A DNA stretch of 64,000 nucleotides from Verrucomicrobiota bacterium (GCA_047947115.1 CP170459.1:1504001-1568000), one strand, 5' to 3'. Positions 45,822 through 57,110 are shown, counted from the first letter of the stretch. Numbers and translations are program-made. Notes: generated by a model from the sequence alone, not told the origin.

Positions 45822-48800
45822 ATGAACAATCGCACTAATTCGATGACACATCTGGCGTCCACTCTGGTAGGGGTCCTGGCCGGTATGATGGCTTTCGCCT
45901 CCATCCAGGCTCAGACACCTTCTCCTTATGCATTTCATTTGAAGGAGAACGACAGGATTGCCTTTATCGGGGACACCTTGTTGGAGCGTGAGCAGATCTG
46001 GGGGCAGCTGGAAACGCGCCTGACTGTCCGGTATCCGCATCAGAACCTTGTGTTCAGGAATCTGTCCTGGAGCGGAGACAATCCCGCCGGCCAATCGAGA
46101 GCGAGTTTTGATTGGAGCAAACCCAGGGATACCTGGCAGGACTTGATTTTGAAAGAAGTGGAAACCTTCCGTCCCACTGTGGTTATGTTGGGTTATGGAA
46201 TGGCTTCTTCATTGGAGGGGCGTGCCGCGCTTCCGCAGTTTCGATTGGACATGAACCGTCTGCTCGACCGCATACAGCAAGTCGTCAAACAGAACAACCC
46301 GGTTCGATTTGTGTTTTTGGGTCCCATGCGTCATGAATTCATGGGCGGCGACCTGCCGGATCCCCAGGCGCATAATCAGGATGTGAGACTCTTTGCGAAT
46401 GCCATTCAAGCCATTGCGAACGAACGGCAACAACCGTTCATCGATCTTTTCAACGGGCTGGGGGATGGACGATCGGATGCATTCAAGCGGTCTTTCACGC
46501 AAAACGGCATTCATCCCACTCCTTATGGATATGCCAGGATCGCTGATTTGTATCAGCAGGTGATGGATTGTGAACCTTGGCCCTGGAAGCTTGATGTTAC
46601 ATCGGAAGGAGAAGTCGGAGCGGCTTCCAGAGGTCTTCAGGTATTCAATATGCAGGCTGGTGATGATGGTATCCGTTTTGAGGTGCGGGATGATCAACTG
46701 CCGTACCCCAACATGGATGAGGATGATGTTGTTTATCCATCTTCTCTGGCCTCGCGCATGATTCGGTTCACGGGTTTGGATGCCGGGACGTATGCTTTGA
46801 AGATAGATGGAAGGATATACGCAGTAAGAACAAGTTCGCAATGGGCACAAGGACAGGCCTTTCAACGTGGCCCTCAGTTCGACCAAGCCGAAGCCCTGAG
46901 AGGCATGGTGGTGGAAAAGAACGAACTGTTTTTCCATAGATTCCGACCACAAAATCAGACCTATCTCTTTGGATTCCGCAAACACGAGCAAGGCCAGAAT
47001 GCTGTGGAGATTCCCCAGTTTGATCCATTGATCGATGAAAAGGAACTGGCGATTCATGCGCTTGCCATCCCCAAACGGCATGCTTACGAACTGATGAAAG
47101 TGGATCATGGGGTGAATGAAGCAAACGCATTGGCCTGGCGCTTGCCGGAGCCGGTTGTGCCTGAAACGCGGTCCAATTTGGGCGAGCCCATCCGGACATT
47201 GAACGCCAGTCAACATCCGGATTTTCAGCTTTCACCCGAGGTGGAAATGACCCTTTACGCCGAAACCCCCATGTTGAGCAAACCAATCCAGATCAATTTC
47301 GATCCGGAAGGGCGGTTGTGGGTGGCCGGTTCGAAATTGTATCCTCAAATCAAACCCGGTCAGGAAGCTGATGATCAGATCCTGGTGTTAGAAGATACTA
47401 ATCGGGACGGTATCGCGGACCGTACAACGGTCTTTGCCGATGGGTTGTTGATGCCAACCGGGATCGAGCCCGGAGACGGAGGGGCATATGTGGGGCAGAG
47501 CACCCAATTGCTGCATTTGAAGGACACCGATGGTGATGGACGGGCGGATGAGAAGCGCATTGTGTTGTCCGGTTTCGGCACGGAAGACACGCATCACATC
47601 CTGCACACTTTGCGTTGGGGACACGACGGGCAGTTATACATGAACCAGTCGATTTACATTCACAGCCACCTGGAAACCCCGAATGGACTGGTACGATTGA
47701 ATAGTGGCGGGGTGTTGCACTTGCGGCCTTCCACCTTGGAGCTGGATGTTTATTTGCGTGGTTTTTGTAATCCATGGGGACATCAATTTGACTCCTATGG
47801 ACAATCCTTTGTCACCGACGGCGCAGGATTTCAGGGGATTAGTTATGGTGTGCCCGGCGCCATGTATTTTACCTATGCCGGTGCTCGTCGCTTGCTGGAC
47901 AGTGTCAGCCCTGGGGCGTATCCGAAGTTTTGTGGTCTGGAGTTGATTCAAAGCGAACATTGGCCCGAGGAATGGCAGGGGTCTGCCATAACATGTGATT
48001 TTCGCGCTCATCGGATCGTGCGTTTTGCCCTTTCCGAACAGGACGCCGGATATGCGGCGCAAGAGGCCGGTGATTTGGTGCGATCATTGGATGCGACCTT
48101 CCGTCCCATTGATGTGAAGATTGGACCGGACGGCGCCCTTTATGTCGCCGACTGGAGTAATCCCATTATTCAACATGGTGAAGTGGATTTTCGGGATCCA
48201 AGGCGTGACAAAACCACTGGCCGTATTTGGCGGATCAGTTATCGAAATGAACCACTTTTGCCACGGTCCAATCTTACGGCGATGAGCGAAGGCGAGTTGC
48301 TGGATCAGCTTTTAACATCAAATGGATTCAATCAGAAGCAGGCACGCCGGATTCTGACCGAAAAGGGTGAAAGCATTTTTGGTGTTTTAAACGAGTGGAC
48401 ACAAGAACGCAGTACGGAGGAGGAGCAGCTCCAGGCTTTGTGGATGTATCAATCTCTGGACCAGGTCAACCAACCATTGCTGGAAACATTGCTCAAGGCC
48501 AGAGATGGGCGCGTTCGGGCGGCGGCGGTACGTGTGCTTGGATTCTGGTTGCAAGATATCCAGAACCACGAGGCTTGGTTGGAGACCTTGATTGGTGATG
48601 AACACCCGCGTGTGCGTCTGGAAGCGCTTCGGATTTTGCCGAAATTAAACAGTGGTGCCGCAGCTGCTTTGGCACTGAGCGTTCTGGATAAACCGATGGA
48701 TCGATTTGTGGATTACGCACTTTGGTTGACCATGAATGATCTGGCTGATCCCTGGATCGATTCCATTCGGAAGGGACGTTGGGATCCTGAAGGAAAAGAT

Positions 48801-50507
48801 GCCCAGTTGGAGTTTGGCCTGACTGCCATTGACAGCAGCAAAGCCCGTGAGGTGTTGGAGCCCTTGACGCAGGGGATGACAGATGAGGCGTTGGCCAGCG
48901 GGCCGTGGATGGGGCTCATTGCGAAAGCGGGAACAACAGCGCAATTAAATCGAATACTGGGCATCACTCAGGACCTGCAGGCCTCTGCGGGAACTGTGCT
49001 GAAGAGTATTCAATCCCTGAACGAAGCCTCGCGGTTGCGCCAGGCGAAGCCCGATTCGAGTTTGAAAGGGCTTACCAAACTATTTGCTCATTCCGATGAG
49101 CGGGTGCAACTGGCCGCCCTGGAGCTGGCGCGGGAATGGAAGCTGAAGGATGGGTTGAATTCCCTGACAGAAACGGTGGCGGATAAGAACACCTCGCTCC
49201 AAGTCAGGGCTCAAGCTGTGGAGGCCTTGGGCGCCATGGGAGGGCAAGTTGCGTGGGATGCTCTGAAATCTCTGTCTGAAGCAGGCGAATCCTCCTTGAT
49301 CCGGCGCTTGTCGGTTCAATCGCTTGCCAGTTTGAAACCCAAAGAAGCTTTACCTTTCGTTTGGGCAGTCATGAATGATCTGGAATCGGATGCGGAGCTG
49401 GAGGCACTTTGGACTTATCTCATTCAACGACGCAATGTCTTTCAAGTTGTCTCTGGAGCCTTGAAAGATGTCGAGTTGAGCAAAACTGCCGCCCAGGCAG
49501 GGATACGCAGCATTCAGAAAGCCGGCCGCAATGAATCCGAATTATTGCTCGCGCTGGAAAAGGCGGGCTCCCTGGTGTCCGATCAGGATATTCTGGATGT
49601 CGTCATGATGAAACAGATGGCCCAGGCTGCCGAAGAAAAAGGTGATCCCTATCGTGGTGAAAGTGTTTACCGCCGTCTGGAGCTTGCCTGTATTGCTTGT
49701 CATGCCATTGGAGGTGTGGGCGGCCAGGTGGGACCGGACCTGACATCCATTGGGGCGAGTGCACCCACCGATTATCTGGTCGAGTCTCTGTTGGCACCCA
49801 ATGCCAAGATCAAGGAGGGGTATCATACGATTATTGTGGAAACCAAAGACTTCGAGGAATACACAGGGATTCTCCAATCTGAGAATAATGAGGAAATATT
49901 CATTCGGAATGCTGTCAATCAGATCGTGTCTGTTCCCAAAAAAGATGTCAGCCAGAGGATTATGGGGGCTTCCATGATGCCATCAGGCCTCATTGCTACA
50001 TTGACTGAGCAGGAGCAATGGGATCTCATCCGGTTCCTGTCCAAATTGGGGGAACCGGGTCCGTTTGATGCGGCCCGTAACAACATAGCCAGGCGGTGGA
50101 AGCTACGTGCCGGCAAGCACACCGACGAGCAGTTCGGTATCGACAATATCATTGGAGATACCTCCGGACCTGCCTGGAAAATCGCTGATACGCTGGTAGA
50201 TGGGCGTCTGCCTCAGCCGGTCATGGCAGAGGCTTTGCAACTGAGAAATATCAATCAGGTGACTAGTTTGATTGGACTGATGGCAAGCTGTGCTTTTGAA
50301 ACCACCAATGAACCGGTGACGCTCAAGTTCGATGCTCACGAGGACACGCAGATCTGGATCGATGGACGGTCTTTTGAGTTTCATGCCGAGATGATCGTCC
50401 AATTGCCGGCGGGGCAGCATACTTTGGTGATGCAACTCAATCCCAGAAACCTTCCAACCGCTTTGCGTTTGGAAGCTTCCGGAGGTACCTTTGTCATCGG
50501 GCAGTGA
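45822..50507 (+). CDS. PVC-type membrane-bound dehydrogenase-like / heme-binding protein with N-terminal SGNH-like domain, propeller, HEAT repeats and cytochrome c (start 45783-45843)
   Basis: FIGDT..ERE; DTNRDG.AD and GFGTEDTHH propeller motifs; FRPIDVKIGPDGALYVADW; HEAT repeats; CIACH + VGPDL + SMMP. Confidence 0.85.
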   Translation: MNNRTNSMTHLASTLVGVLAGMMAFASIQAQTPSPYAFHLKENDRIAFIGDTLLEREQIWGQLETRLTVRYPHQNLVFRNLSWSGDNPAGQSRASFDWSKPRDTWQDLILKEVETFRPTVVMLGYGMASSLEGRAALPQFRLDMNRLLDRIQQVVKQNNPVRFVFLGPMRHEFMGGDLPDPQAHNQDVRLFANAIQAIANERQQPFIDLFNGLGDGRSDAFKRSFTQNGIHPTPYGYARIADLYQQVMDCEPWPWKLDVTSEGEVGAASRGLQVFNMQAGDDGIRFEVRDDQLPYPNMDEDDVVYPSSLASRMIRFTGLDAGTYALKIDGRIYAVRTSSQWAQGQAFQRGPQFDQAEALRGMVVEKNELFFHRFRPQNQTYLFGFRKHEQGQNAVEIPQFDPLIDEKELAIHALAIPKRHAYELMKVDHGVNEANALAWRLPEPVVPETRSNLGEPIRTLNASQHPDFQLSPEVEMTLYAETPMLSKPIQINFDPEGRLWVAGSKLYPQIKPGQEADDQILVLEDTNRDGIADRTTVFADGLLMPTGIEPGDGGAYVGQSTQLLHLKDTDGDGRADEKRIVLSGFGTEDTHHILHTLRWGHDGQLYMNQSIYIHSHLETPNGLVRLNSGGVLHLRPSTLELDVYLRGFCNPWGHQFDSYGQSFVTDGAGFQGISYGVPGAMYFTYAGARRLLDSVSPGAYPKFCGLELIQSEHWPEEWQGSAITCDFRAHRIVRFALSEQDAGYAAQEAGDLVRSLDATFRPIDVKIGPDGALYVADWSNPIIQHGEVDFRDPRRDKTTGRIWRISYRNEPLLPRSNLTAMSEGELLDQLLTSNGFNQKQARRILTEKGESIFGVLNEWTQERSTEEEQLQALWMYQSLDQVNQPLLETLLKARDGRVRAAAVRVLGFWLQDIQNHEAWLETLIGDEHPRVRLEALRILPKLNSGAAAALALSVLDKPMDRFVDYALWLTMNDLADPWIDSIRKGRWDPEGKDAQLEFGLTAIDSSKAREVLEPLTQGMTDEALASGPWMGLIAKAGTTAQLNRILGITQDLQASAGTVLKSIQSLNEASRLRQAKPDSSLKGLTKLFAHSDERVQLAALELAREWKLKDGLNSLTETVADKNTSLQVRAQAVEALGAMGGQVAWDALKSLSEAGESSLIRRLSVQSLASLKPKEALPFVWAVMNDLESDAELEALWTYLIQRRNVFQVVSGALKDVELSKTAAQAGIRSIQKAGRNESELLLALEKAGSLVSDQDILDVVMMKQMAQAAEEKGDPYRGESVYRRLELACIACHAIGGVGGQVGPDLTSIGASAPTDYLVESLLAPNAKIKEGYHTIIVETKDFEEYTGILQSENNEEIFIRNAVNQIVSVPKKDVSQRIMGASMMPSGLIATLTEQEQWDLIRFLSKLGEPGPFDAARNNIARRWKLRAGKHTDEQFGIDNIIGDTSGPAWKIADTLVDGRLPQPVMAEALQLRNINQVTSLIGLMASCAFETTNEPVTLKFDAHEDTQIWIDGRSFEFHAEMIVQLPAGQHTLVMQLNPRNLPTALRLEASGGTFVIGQ

Positions 50508-51152
50508 AGGTTGCTTCACTCCGCTACCGTCATAAACGGATTTCAGTGCGACGCTGCTCCGCTCCCGACTCCCTGGTTAGCGGAGCTTCTTAAAAATGAG
50601 AAGGTATGGAATGTGCTGTATGCTCTGCTGCGGAAGCTGTTTTTATCGAATTCGCTTTCGTGCAAACTTGAATGCGGCGATGGTTCCTCAAACAGCTATT
50701 ATCAGCGTCTGATACCAACCCTCCATTCACCTGGAATTTGTGTCATGTCTCTTGGCGGAGACTAGGGAACCATCGCTCCATTCAAGTTTGAGACAACCAA
50801 ACTAACGAACGAAAAGATGGATTTTTTATTGGTCATAGGATTTTTGACGGTTGGGATCGTTCTTTATTTTTTGGATCCCACTCGTTCCCTTTGATGGTGC
50901 AGGGTGATGCGCTCGTATTTCCTTAAACGTCCCATATCCGGCAAATCCCGCGATGGGGGGGAGAGACTCAGGGAATCATTGGTTTTAATGCATTTGTTTC
51001 GTCTGAGTTTTGAAGAAAAAGTGCTTCAGGCTTTTCTTTTTGGCGCACTTCCCCAACGAATCCACTTGCATCAATCCTTGTTCCCATGAAAAGTGTGGAC
51101 TTTCCGTTGGCTGGAATCAATAAACGGCCTGGCTGACGGATTAGTTTCATTC

Positions 51153-52235
51153 ATGATATTCAGAGGCAGCTTCAATCTGTTCTTGCCGGTCAGCCTCTTT
51201 GGCTTGGGACTGCTTGTGGGGTGTGGTCCGGCGGAGGATACCGGTTCCAGTGGAGGTCCCATGATGCCAACCCAGGTGGTTGCCGTCGCGGCAAAAACCG
51301 AAGCGGTTGCTGACACGCTTTCCTTGATTGGGACGGTGGCTGCAGATGAAATGGTGGAACTTAAATCCGAAACGGCTGGTCTCGTTGAGTCCATTCATTT
51401 CACGGAGGGGCAGCACGTGGAAAAGGACCAGCTTTTGATTGAGCTGGATCAAAGCAAACTTCAGTCAGCGGTCGTTGAGGCCGAAGCCAATCAGGCTCTC
51501 AGTCAATCCAATTTCAAAAGAAACCGCGAACTGCTTGATGGGAACCTGATTTCCAAGCAGGAGTTCGACCAGTCCAAGACGCGATTCGAAGCGGATACTG
51601 CCTTGGTGGACCTGCGAAAGCGTCAATTGAAGGATACACGTATCACTGCACCGTTCAGCGGGACGGTCGGATCCCGCGAAGTCAGTCCCGGTCAAGTCAT
51701 TTCCCAGAACACGACACTCACCTGGTTGGTGTCGCTTGATCCGGTCAAACTGGAATTCAATGTTCCGGAACGATTCCTCAGTGTCTGCAAAACCGGTCAG
51801 ACCATTGATGTCAAAGTGGCCGCCTATCCTCAGAATAAATTTGAGGGAACCGTCTATTTCGTGGCTCCTTTTGTCGAACCTCAACTCCGTACGACCTTGG
51901 TCAAGGCTACGTTGGCCAATCCGGAAGAACTGTTGAAACCGGGCATGTTTGCCACTTTGGATTTGACACTTACCATTCGTGACAAGGCTATTGTCATACC
52001 TGAACCTGCCACTTTTCGGACACTGGACGATAAGCGTGCGATGATCTACGTGGTGGATGCGGAAAATCAGGCACAGTTACGGACAGTTCTCGTCGGTGAA
52101 AGAAAATCCAAGAAGGTCGAAATCCTCGAAGGTCTTGCCGAGGGGGAAATGGTTGTCGTCGAAGGTACACAAAAAATCGGCCCCGGATCCCCCGTCAAAT
52201 TTGCCCCGGCTGAAGCCGCCGACATTTATCAATAA
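51153..52235 (+). CDS. RND efflux periplasmic adaptor (MFP) lipoprotein
   Basis: LLVGC lipobox, FTEGQHV, ITAPFSG, LKPGMF, GLAEGE.VVVEG. Confidence 0.92.
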   Translation: MIFRGSFNLFLPVSLFGLGLLVGCGPAEDTGSSGGPMMPTQVVAVAAKTEAVADTLSLIGTVAADEMVELKSETAGLVESIHFTEGQHVEKDQLLIELDQSKLQSAVVEAEANQALSQSNFKRNRELLDGNLISKQEFDQSKTRFEADTALVDLRKRQLKDTRITAPFSGTVGSREVSPGQVISQNTTLTWLVSLDPVKLEFNVPERFLSVCKTGQTIDVKVAAYPQNKFEGTVYFVAPFVEPQLRTTLVKATLANPEELLKPGMFATLDLTLTIRDKAIVIPEPATFRTLDDKRAMIYVVDAENQAQLRTVLVGERKSKKVEILEGLAEGEMVVVEGTQKIGPGSPVKFAPAEAADIYQ

Positions 52236-52244
52236 CGTCTCTGC

Positions 52245-55200
52245 ATGAAGTTGCCGGAAATCAGCATCCGTCGCCCCGTCCTGGCCACCATGATGAGCCT
52301 GGCTCTGGTGCTGTTTGGTGCGATCAGTCTGACCCGGTTGCCGGTTCGGGAACTGCCCGATATTGATCCTCCGATTGTCAATGTGACCACTGTTTACCCG
52401 GGGGCCAACGCGTCCGTGGTTGAAACTGAAATCACCGAACGCCTGGAAGAGGCGGTGAACAATGTGCCGGGGATCAAAACTCTGACCAGCGAGAGTCGGG
52501 AGCAGGTCAGCAACATCACCATTGAATTCAACTTGTCGCGGGACATCGATATCGCGTCACAGGACGTGCGTGATCGTGTTTCCCGTATCAGGGGACGTCT
52601 TCCTGAGAACATCGACGAGCCGGTTATTTCCAAACAGGATTCCGATGCGCGCCCCATTATCTGGGTGGGGATGAGCAGTGATCGTTTCACTCCGATCGAA
52701 TTGACCGATCTGGCGGAGAAACAAATCAAAAACCGTTTGCAAACGGTCGAAGGTGTTTCGTCCATTTTCATAGGGGGCGAACAGCGATTCGCCATTCGAT
52801 TGTGGCTTGATTCTCAAAAAATGGCCGCCCACCAAGTGACCATTCTGGACGTCCAACAGGCCTTGCGGGAACAGAATGTCGAGCTGCCGAGCGGACGTGT
52901 CGAGAACTGGGACCGGGAAATGACTATCCAGACCAAGGGCGAAATGAAGACGGTCGAGGAATTCAATCAACTGGTCATTCGGCAGGAGCGGGATCGATTT
53001 GTTCGGTTGCGGGATGTCGGTCACGCGGAACAAGGGGTGGAAAACGAACGAACCGGTGCACGTAACAACGGTAAACCCTGCATCTTCCTGGGCATCGTCA
53101 AGCAATCCAAGGCCAATTCCGTTTCCGTTTCCCACGGAGTACGCGAGCAACTCAAACTGATCCAGCCGACCTTGCCTGAGGGGATCGAAATGGTCGTCAA
53201 CTATGATGAATCCACTTTTGTGGAGGATTCCATCAGTGAAGTGTGGTTTACCCTGGGATTCGCTTTTTTTCTCGTGGTGGCGGTGATTTTTGTTTTTCTC
53301 CACAACTTTCGAGCCACGCTCGTTCCGGCGGTGGCCATTCCGGTTTCGATCATCGCCACTTTCGCCGTCATGCAGTTGCTTGGTTTTTCCATCAATATCC
53401 TGACCATGCTGGCCCTGGTGCTGGCCATCGGGATTGTGGTGGATGACGCCATTGTGGTCTTGGAAAACATCCACCGTCACATTGAAGAGGGAATGAAGCC
53501 CATGGAGGCGGCTTTCAAGGGGATGAAGGAAATCACTTTTGCCGTGATTGCCACGACGGTTGCCCTGGTTGCGGTCTTCACACCGCTGGCCTTTCAATCC
53601 AGCACCACCGGTCGCCTGTTTGTTGAGTTTGCAGTGGCCATTGCCGGATCGGTGATTGTTTCGACATTTGTGGCCTTGTCTCTGACCCCCATGATGGCTT
53701 CCCGTATTTTGCGCCCGAGCGGAAAGAAGCAAGGTTTTCTTGTGCGACGTTTTGAAACGACTCTTAACTTTGTCACACGGATTTACAAGAGTATCCTTCA
53801 GCGATTGCTGGATCTGTCTGTTTTTGCCAGGTTGGGCATTCTGGGAGGGATCGCTGTTGCCTTGTTTGTCTCAAGTCAGTTGCTCTATACGCATCTGGAG
53901 GGAGATTTTCTACCGGAAGAAGACAAGGGGCGCTTGTTTTGTTTTGTCATTGCGCCCGAAGGTTCGACCGCCGAATACACGAACCGCATGCTCCTTCAGA
54001 TGGAGCAGATTCTTTCTGAAACACCGGAGATTTCCATTTACGGATCTTTGGTGGCACCCGGTTTCTCTGGGCCTGGTTTGGCCAACAACGGGATTGTCTT
54101 TGTGCATCTCAAGGAGGATCGTGACCGAAGTGTCCAGGAAATGGTCAATGCACCGGGCGGTTTGAGAAACCGGTTTTTCACCGAAGTGGAGGGAGCCATT
54201 GCCATTCCAACCATTCCCAAGACCATTAATCGCAGTTTTGGATCCCCTTTTCAGGTGGTCATTCAGGGATCGAATCTGGAAGAACTGGACGCGTTTGTAA
54301 CCGGGTTTGTGAATCAATTGAGGCAGTCGGATTTTATTCAAAATGTTCAGAGTTCATTTGAAATGAACAAACCTGAACTGAAACTGGACATCGACCGCAA
54401 CCGGGCGGCGGCGCTGGGTGTGTCCATTCAGGATGTTTCACGAACCTTGCAGATTCTTTTCGGTGGATTGGATGTCAGTCGCATCAAAAAGGATGGCAAA
54501 GAATACGATGTCATTGCGCAACTGGAACGAGAGAGTCGATTGACTCCCGAGCACCTCGACATGATTTATGTGCGAAACCAGGACGGGAACCTCATTCAAT
54601 TATCCAGCATTATTCGTCGTGAAGTGGGGGTCGCTCCCAACAAGATCGAACGTTACAACCGCATTCGCAGTGCCACCATCTCGGGCAGCCCGGTAGGTGT
54701 GACCATGGGGACCGCCGTGGACAAGGTGAAAGCCATGTTGGATGAGCAATTGCCGGATGGTTTCCTTTACGATTGGTCGGGTGAATCCCGGGATCTTCAG
54801 GATGCCGGTAAGGAAATCTACTGGGTGATGATCCTGTCCTTGATCATCGTTTACATGGTGCTGGCCTCACAGTTCGAAAGTCTGGTGCATCCGTTTACTG
54901 TCATGTTGACCGTTCCCCTTGCGGCAGTGGGTGCTTTTGGTTTGTTGTGGTTGTTGGGGGCTCTGGGGAAAGTCGGGTTGATCACGCCGATTCCCGCGAT
55001 GAACATCAATTTGTTCAGTCAAATCGGCCTGGTGCTTTTGATTGGTCTGGTCACCAAGAACGGGATTTTGCTGGTGGAGTTTGCCAATCAACTGATGGAA
55101 AAGGGCATGAATGCACACCAGGCCATGGCTCAGTCTGGAGCGGTTCGATTGCGTCCCATCCTGATGACGGCCGTTTCTACCATTTCCGGCATCCTTCCCA

Positions 55201-55373
55201 TTGCCATCGGATTTGGCGCCGGTGCCGAGAGTCGTCGTCCCATGGGGGTTGTTGTTGTGGGAGGCATGCTCACCAGTACGTTCCTGACCTTGTTTGTCAT
55301 TCCGCTGGTTTACACCGTCTTCAGTGACCTGTTTTCCAAATTTCGAAAAACCGATGTGGTTGCTTCTGCGTAG
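52245..55373 (+). CDS. RND efflux permease (AcrB/MdtC family)
   Basis: IRRPV, YPGA, AIGIVVDDAIVVLENI, KNGILLVEFA, RLRPILMT. Confidence 0.95.
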   Translation: MKLPEISIRRPVLATMMSLALVLFGAISLTRLPVRELPDIDPPIVNVTTVYPGANASVVETEITERLEEAVNNVPGIKTLTSESREQVSNITIEFNLSRDIDIASQDVRDRVSRIRGRLPENIDEPVISKQDSDARPIIWVGMSSDRFTPIELTDLAEKQIKNRLQTVEGVSSIFIGGEQRFAIRLWLDSQKMAAHQVTILDVQQALREQNVELPSGRVENWDREMTIQTKGEMKTVEEFNQLVIRQERDRFVRLRDVGHAEQGVENERTGARNNGKPCIFLGIVKQSKANSVSVSHGVREQLKLIQPTLPEGIEMVVNYDESTFVEDSISEVWFTLGFAFFLVVAVIFVFLHNFRATLVPAVAIPVSIIATFAVMQLLGFSINILTMLALVLAIGIVVDDAIVVLENIHRHIEEGMKPMEAAFKGMKEITFAVIATTVALVAVFTPLAFQSSTTGRLFVEFAVAIAGSVIVSTFVALSLTPMMASRILRPSGKKQGFLVRRFETTLNFVTRIYKSILQRLLDLSVFARLGILGGIAVALFVSSQLLYTHLEGDFLPEEDKGRLFCFVIAPEGSTAEYTNRMLLQMEQILSETPEISIYGSLVAPGFSGPGLANNGIVFVHLKEDRDRSVQEMVNAPGGLRNRFFTEVEGAIAIPTIPKTINRSFGSPFQVVIQGSNLEELDAFVTGFVNQLRQSDFIQNVQSSFEMNKPELKLDIDRNRAAALGVSIQDVSRTLQILFGGLDVSRIKKDGKEYDVIAQLERESRLTPEHLDMIYVRNQDGNLIQLSSIIRREVGVAPNKIERYNRIRSATISGSPVGVTMGTAVDKVKAMLDEQLPDGFLYDWSGESRDLQDAGKEIYWVMILSLIIVYMVLASQFESLVHPFTVMLTVPLAAVGAFGLLWLLGALGKVGLITPIPAMNINLFSQIGLVLLIGLVTKNGILLVEFANQLMEKGMNAHQAMAQSGAVRLRPILMTAVSTISGILPIAIGFGAGAESRRPMGVVVVGGMLTSTFLTLFVIPLVYTVFSDLFSKFRKTDVVASA

Positions 55374-55440
55374 ATTGATGGGACTCACTGTTGTGTTGAA
55401 ACAAATGCCCGCCCCCGTTATGATGTCTTTGACGTAAGGA

Positions 55441-56622
55441 ATGAACTCGATTTGCTATTTGGATAACAACGGGACGACTCAGGTGGCGCCGGAAGTATTG
55501 GAGGCCATGTTGCCCTTTTATACCCAGCACTGGGGTAACGCTTCCAGTGCGCATCGCTTTTGTCGTCCGGTTAAGGAGGCTTTGCATCAGGCTCGCGTGC
55601 AGATCGCTTCGTTGATCAATGCCGAGCCGGAAGAAATCGTGTTCACCGGTTGTGGAACAGAAAGCAACAATACCGCCATTCATAGCGCTCTACGCCGCGA
55701 TGCCTCCAAAAAGCATGTTATCACTACGACTGTCGAACACTCCGCCAATCGCAAGTATGGACAATTTCTTCAGCGACAGGGTTATGATGTGACCTTTCTT
55801 CCGGTGGAAGAGGATGGTTCCCTGGATATTTGCCTGTTGAACGACATGATCCGTGAGGACACCGCCATTGTTTCCATCATGTGGGCGAACAATGAAACCG
55901 GGGTCATCTTTCCTATCGAGGAAGTGGCCGCCATCTGCCAAAGCAAAGAAGTGTCTTTTCACACAGATGCCATTCAGGCCGCCGGCAAAGTGCCGATTGA
56001 TGTTCAATCCACCCAGATCGATTTTCTTTCTTTGTCTGCGCACAAAATTTATGCCCCCAAGGGGGTCGGAGCTTTGTATGTTCGCAAGGGGACGCCTTAC
56101 AGCTCCTATATTTTTGGTGGCGGGCAGGAATCCGGTCGAAGGGCTGGAACCGAAAACGTTGCCGGCATTGTCGGATTTGGTCGTGCCGCTCAAATGGCTT
56201 TGGAAGATTCAGGACGGTCTGGTCGTCTGGAAGCCTTGAGGAATCACATGGAACATTCCATCCTGACTCAAATCCCTCAGACCTCACGCAACGGATGCAA
56301 ATCAAATCGGCTGCCCAATACTTCCAATATCGCATTTGACGGTGTGGAAGGAGAGGCATTGCTGTTGAAGCTGGATCGGCTGGGGATCTGTGCCTCCAGT
56401 GGCTCGGCGTGCACCACTGGTTCACTGGAACCATCCCATGTCCTGTTGGCCATGGGCGTGCCTACTCGAAGGGCCTTGTCCAGTATTCGATTCAGCCTGG
56501 GGCATTATTCGACCGAAGCTGATGTTGATTTCCTGTTGAAACATCTGCCTGATATCGTGACCGAACTCAAGGGCCAGACACCTGCGCCGAAGCCCTCAGA
56601 AACCCTTACCCAATCTCATTAA
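55441..56622 (+). CDS. Cysteine desulfurase (NifS/IscS class)
   Basis: YLDNNGTT, ANNETG, HTDAIQ, SAHK, RAGTEN, SSGSACT. Confidence 0.93.
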   Translation: MNSICYLDNNGTTQVAPEVLEAMLPFYTQHWGNASSAHRFCRPVKEALHQARVQIASLINAEPEEIVFTGCGTESNNTAIHSALRRDASKKHVITTTVEHSANRKYGQFLQRQGYDVTFLPVEEDGSLDICLLNDMIREDTAIVSIMWANNETGVIFPIEEVAAICQSKEVSFHTDAIQAAGKVPIDVQSTQIDFLSLSAHKIYAPKGVGALYVRKGTPYSSYIFGGGQESGRRAGTENVAGIVGFGRAAQMALEDSGRSGRLEALRNHMEHSILTQIPQTSRNGCKSNRLPNTSNIAFDGVEGEALLLKLDRLGICASSGSACTTGSLEPSHVLLAMGVPTRRALSSIRFSLGHYSTEADVDFLLKHLPDIVTELKGQTPAPKPSETLTQSH

Positions 56623-56630
56623 AGCATCCT

Positions 56631-57110
56631 ATGGATCCATTGCTCAAATTACTGCGCGAAAACGCCTCTTATCGTCCTGATCAACTTGCCAGGATGCTGC
56701 AGCTGGAAGAGGAGGAGGTCACCGCCCGCATTAAGGCTTACGAAGATGATGGGACCATTGTGGGTTACCGCACCATTCTCAATGAGGAAAAGCTTGAACT
56801 GGACCGTGTGCGTGCCGTCATTGAAGTGAAGTTGACACCCGAGCGCGAAGGCGGATTCAACCACCTCGCTTCCCGCATCGCCAAACATTCTGAAGTGCGC
56901 GCCTGCTACCTGATGTCCGGAGCCTACGATTTGCTCGCGATCGTTGAAGGCAACACGCTCAAAGAGGTGGCCAATTTTGTTTCGGAAAAGCTTTCCACGC
57001 TCGATGGAGTGGTCTCAACCTCCACACACTTCATGCTCAAACCCTACAAGGAGCATGGCGTCCTGTTGCTGTCCGATGAATCCAGCCATCGCTTGAGTGT
57101 GTCGCCTTGA
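56631..57110 (+). CDS. Lrp/AsnC family transcriptional regulator
   Basis: N-terminal HTH; YLMSGAYDL and STSTHF in the RAM domain. Confidence 0.9.
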   Translation: MDPLLKLLRENASYRPDQLARMLQLEEEEVTARIKAYEDDGTIVGYRTILNEEKLELDRVRAVIEVKLTPEREGGFNHLASRIAKHSEVRACYLMSGAYDLLAIVEGNTLKEVANFVSEKLSTLDGVVSTSTHFMLKPYKEHGVLLLSDESSHRLSVSP

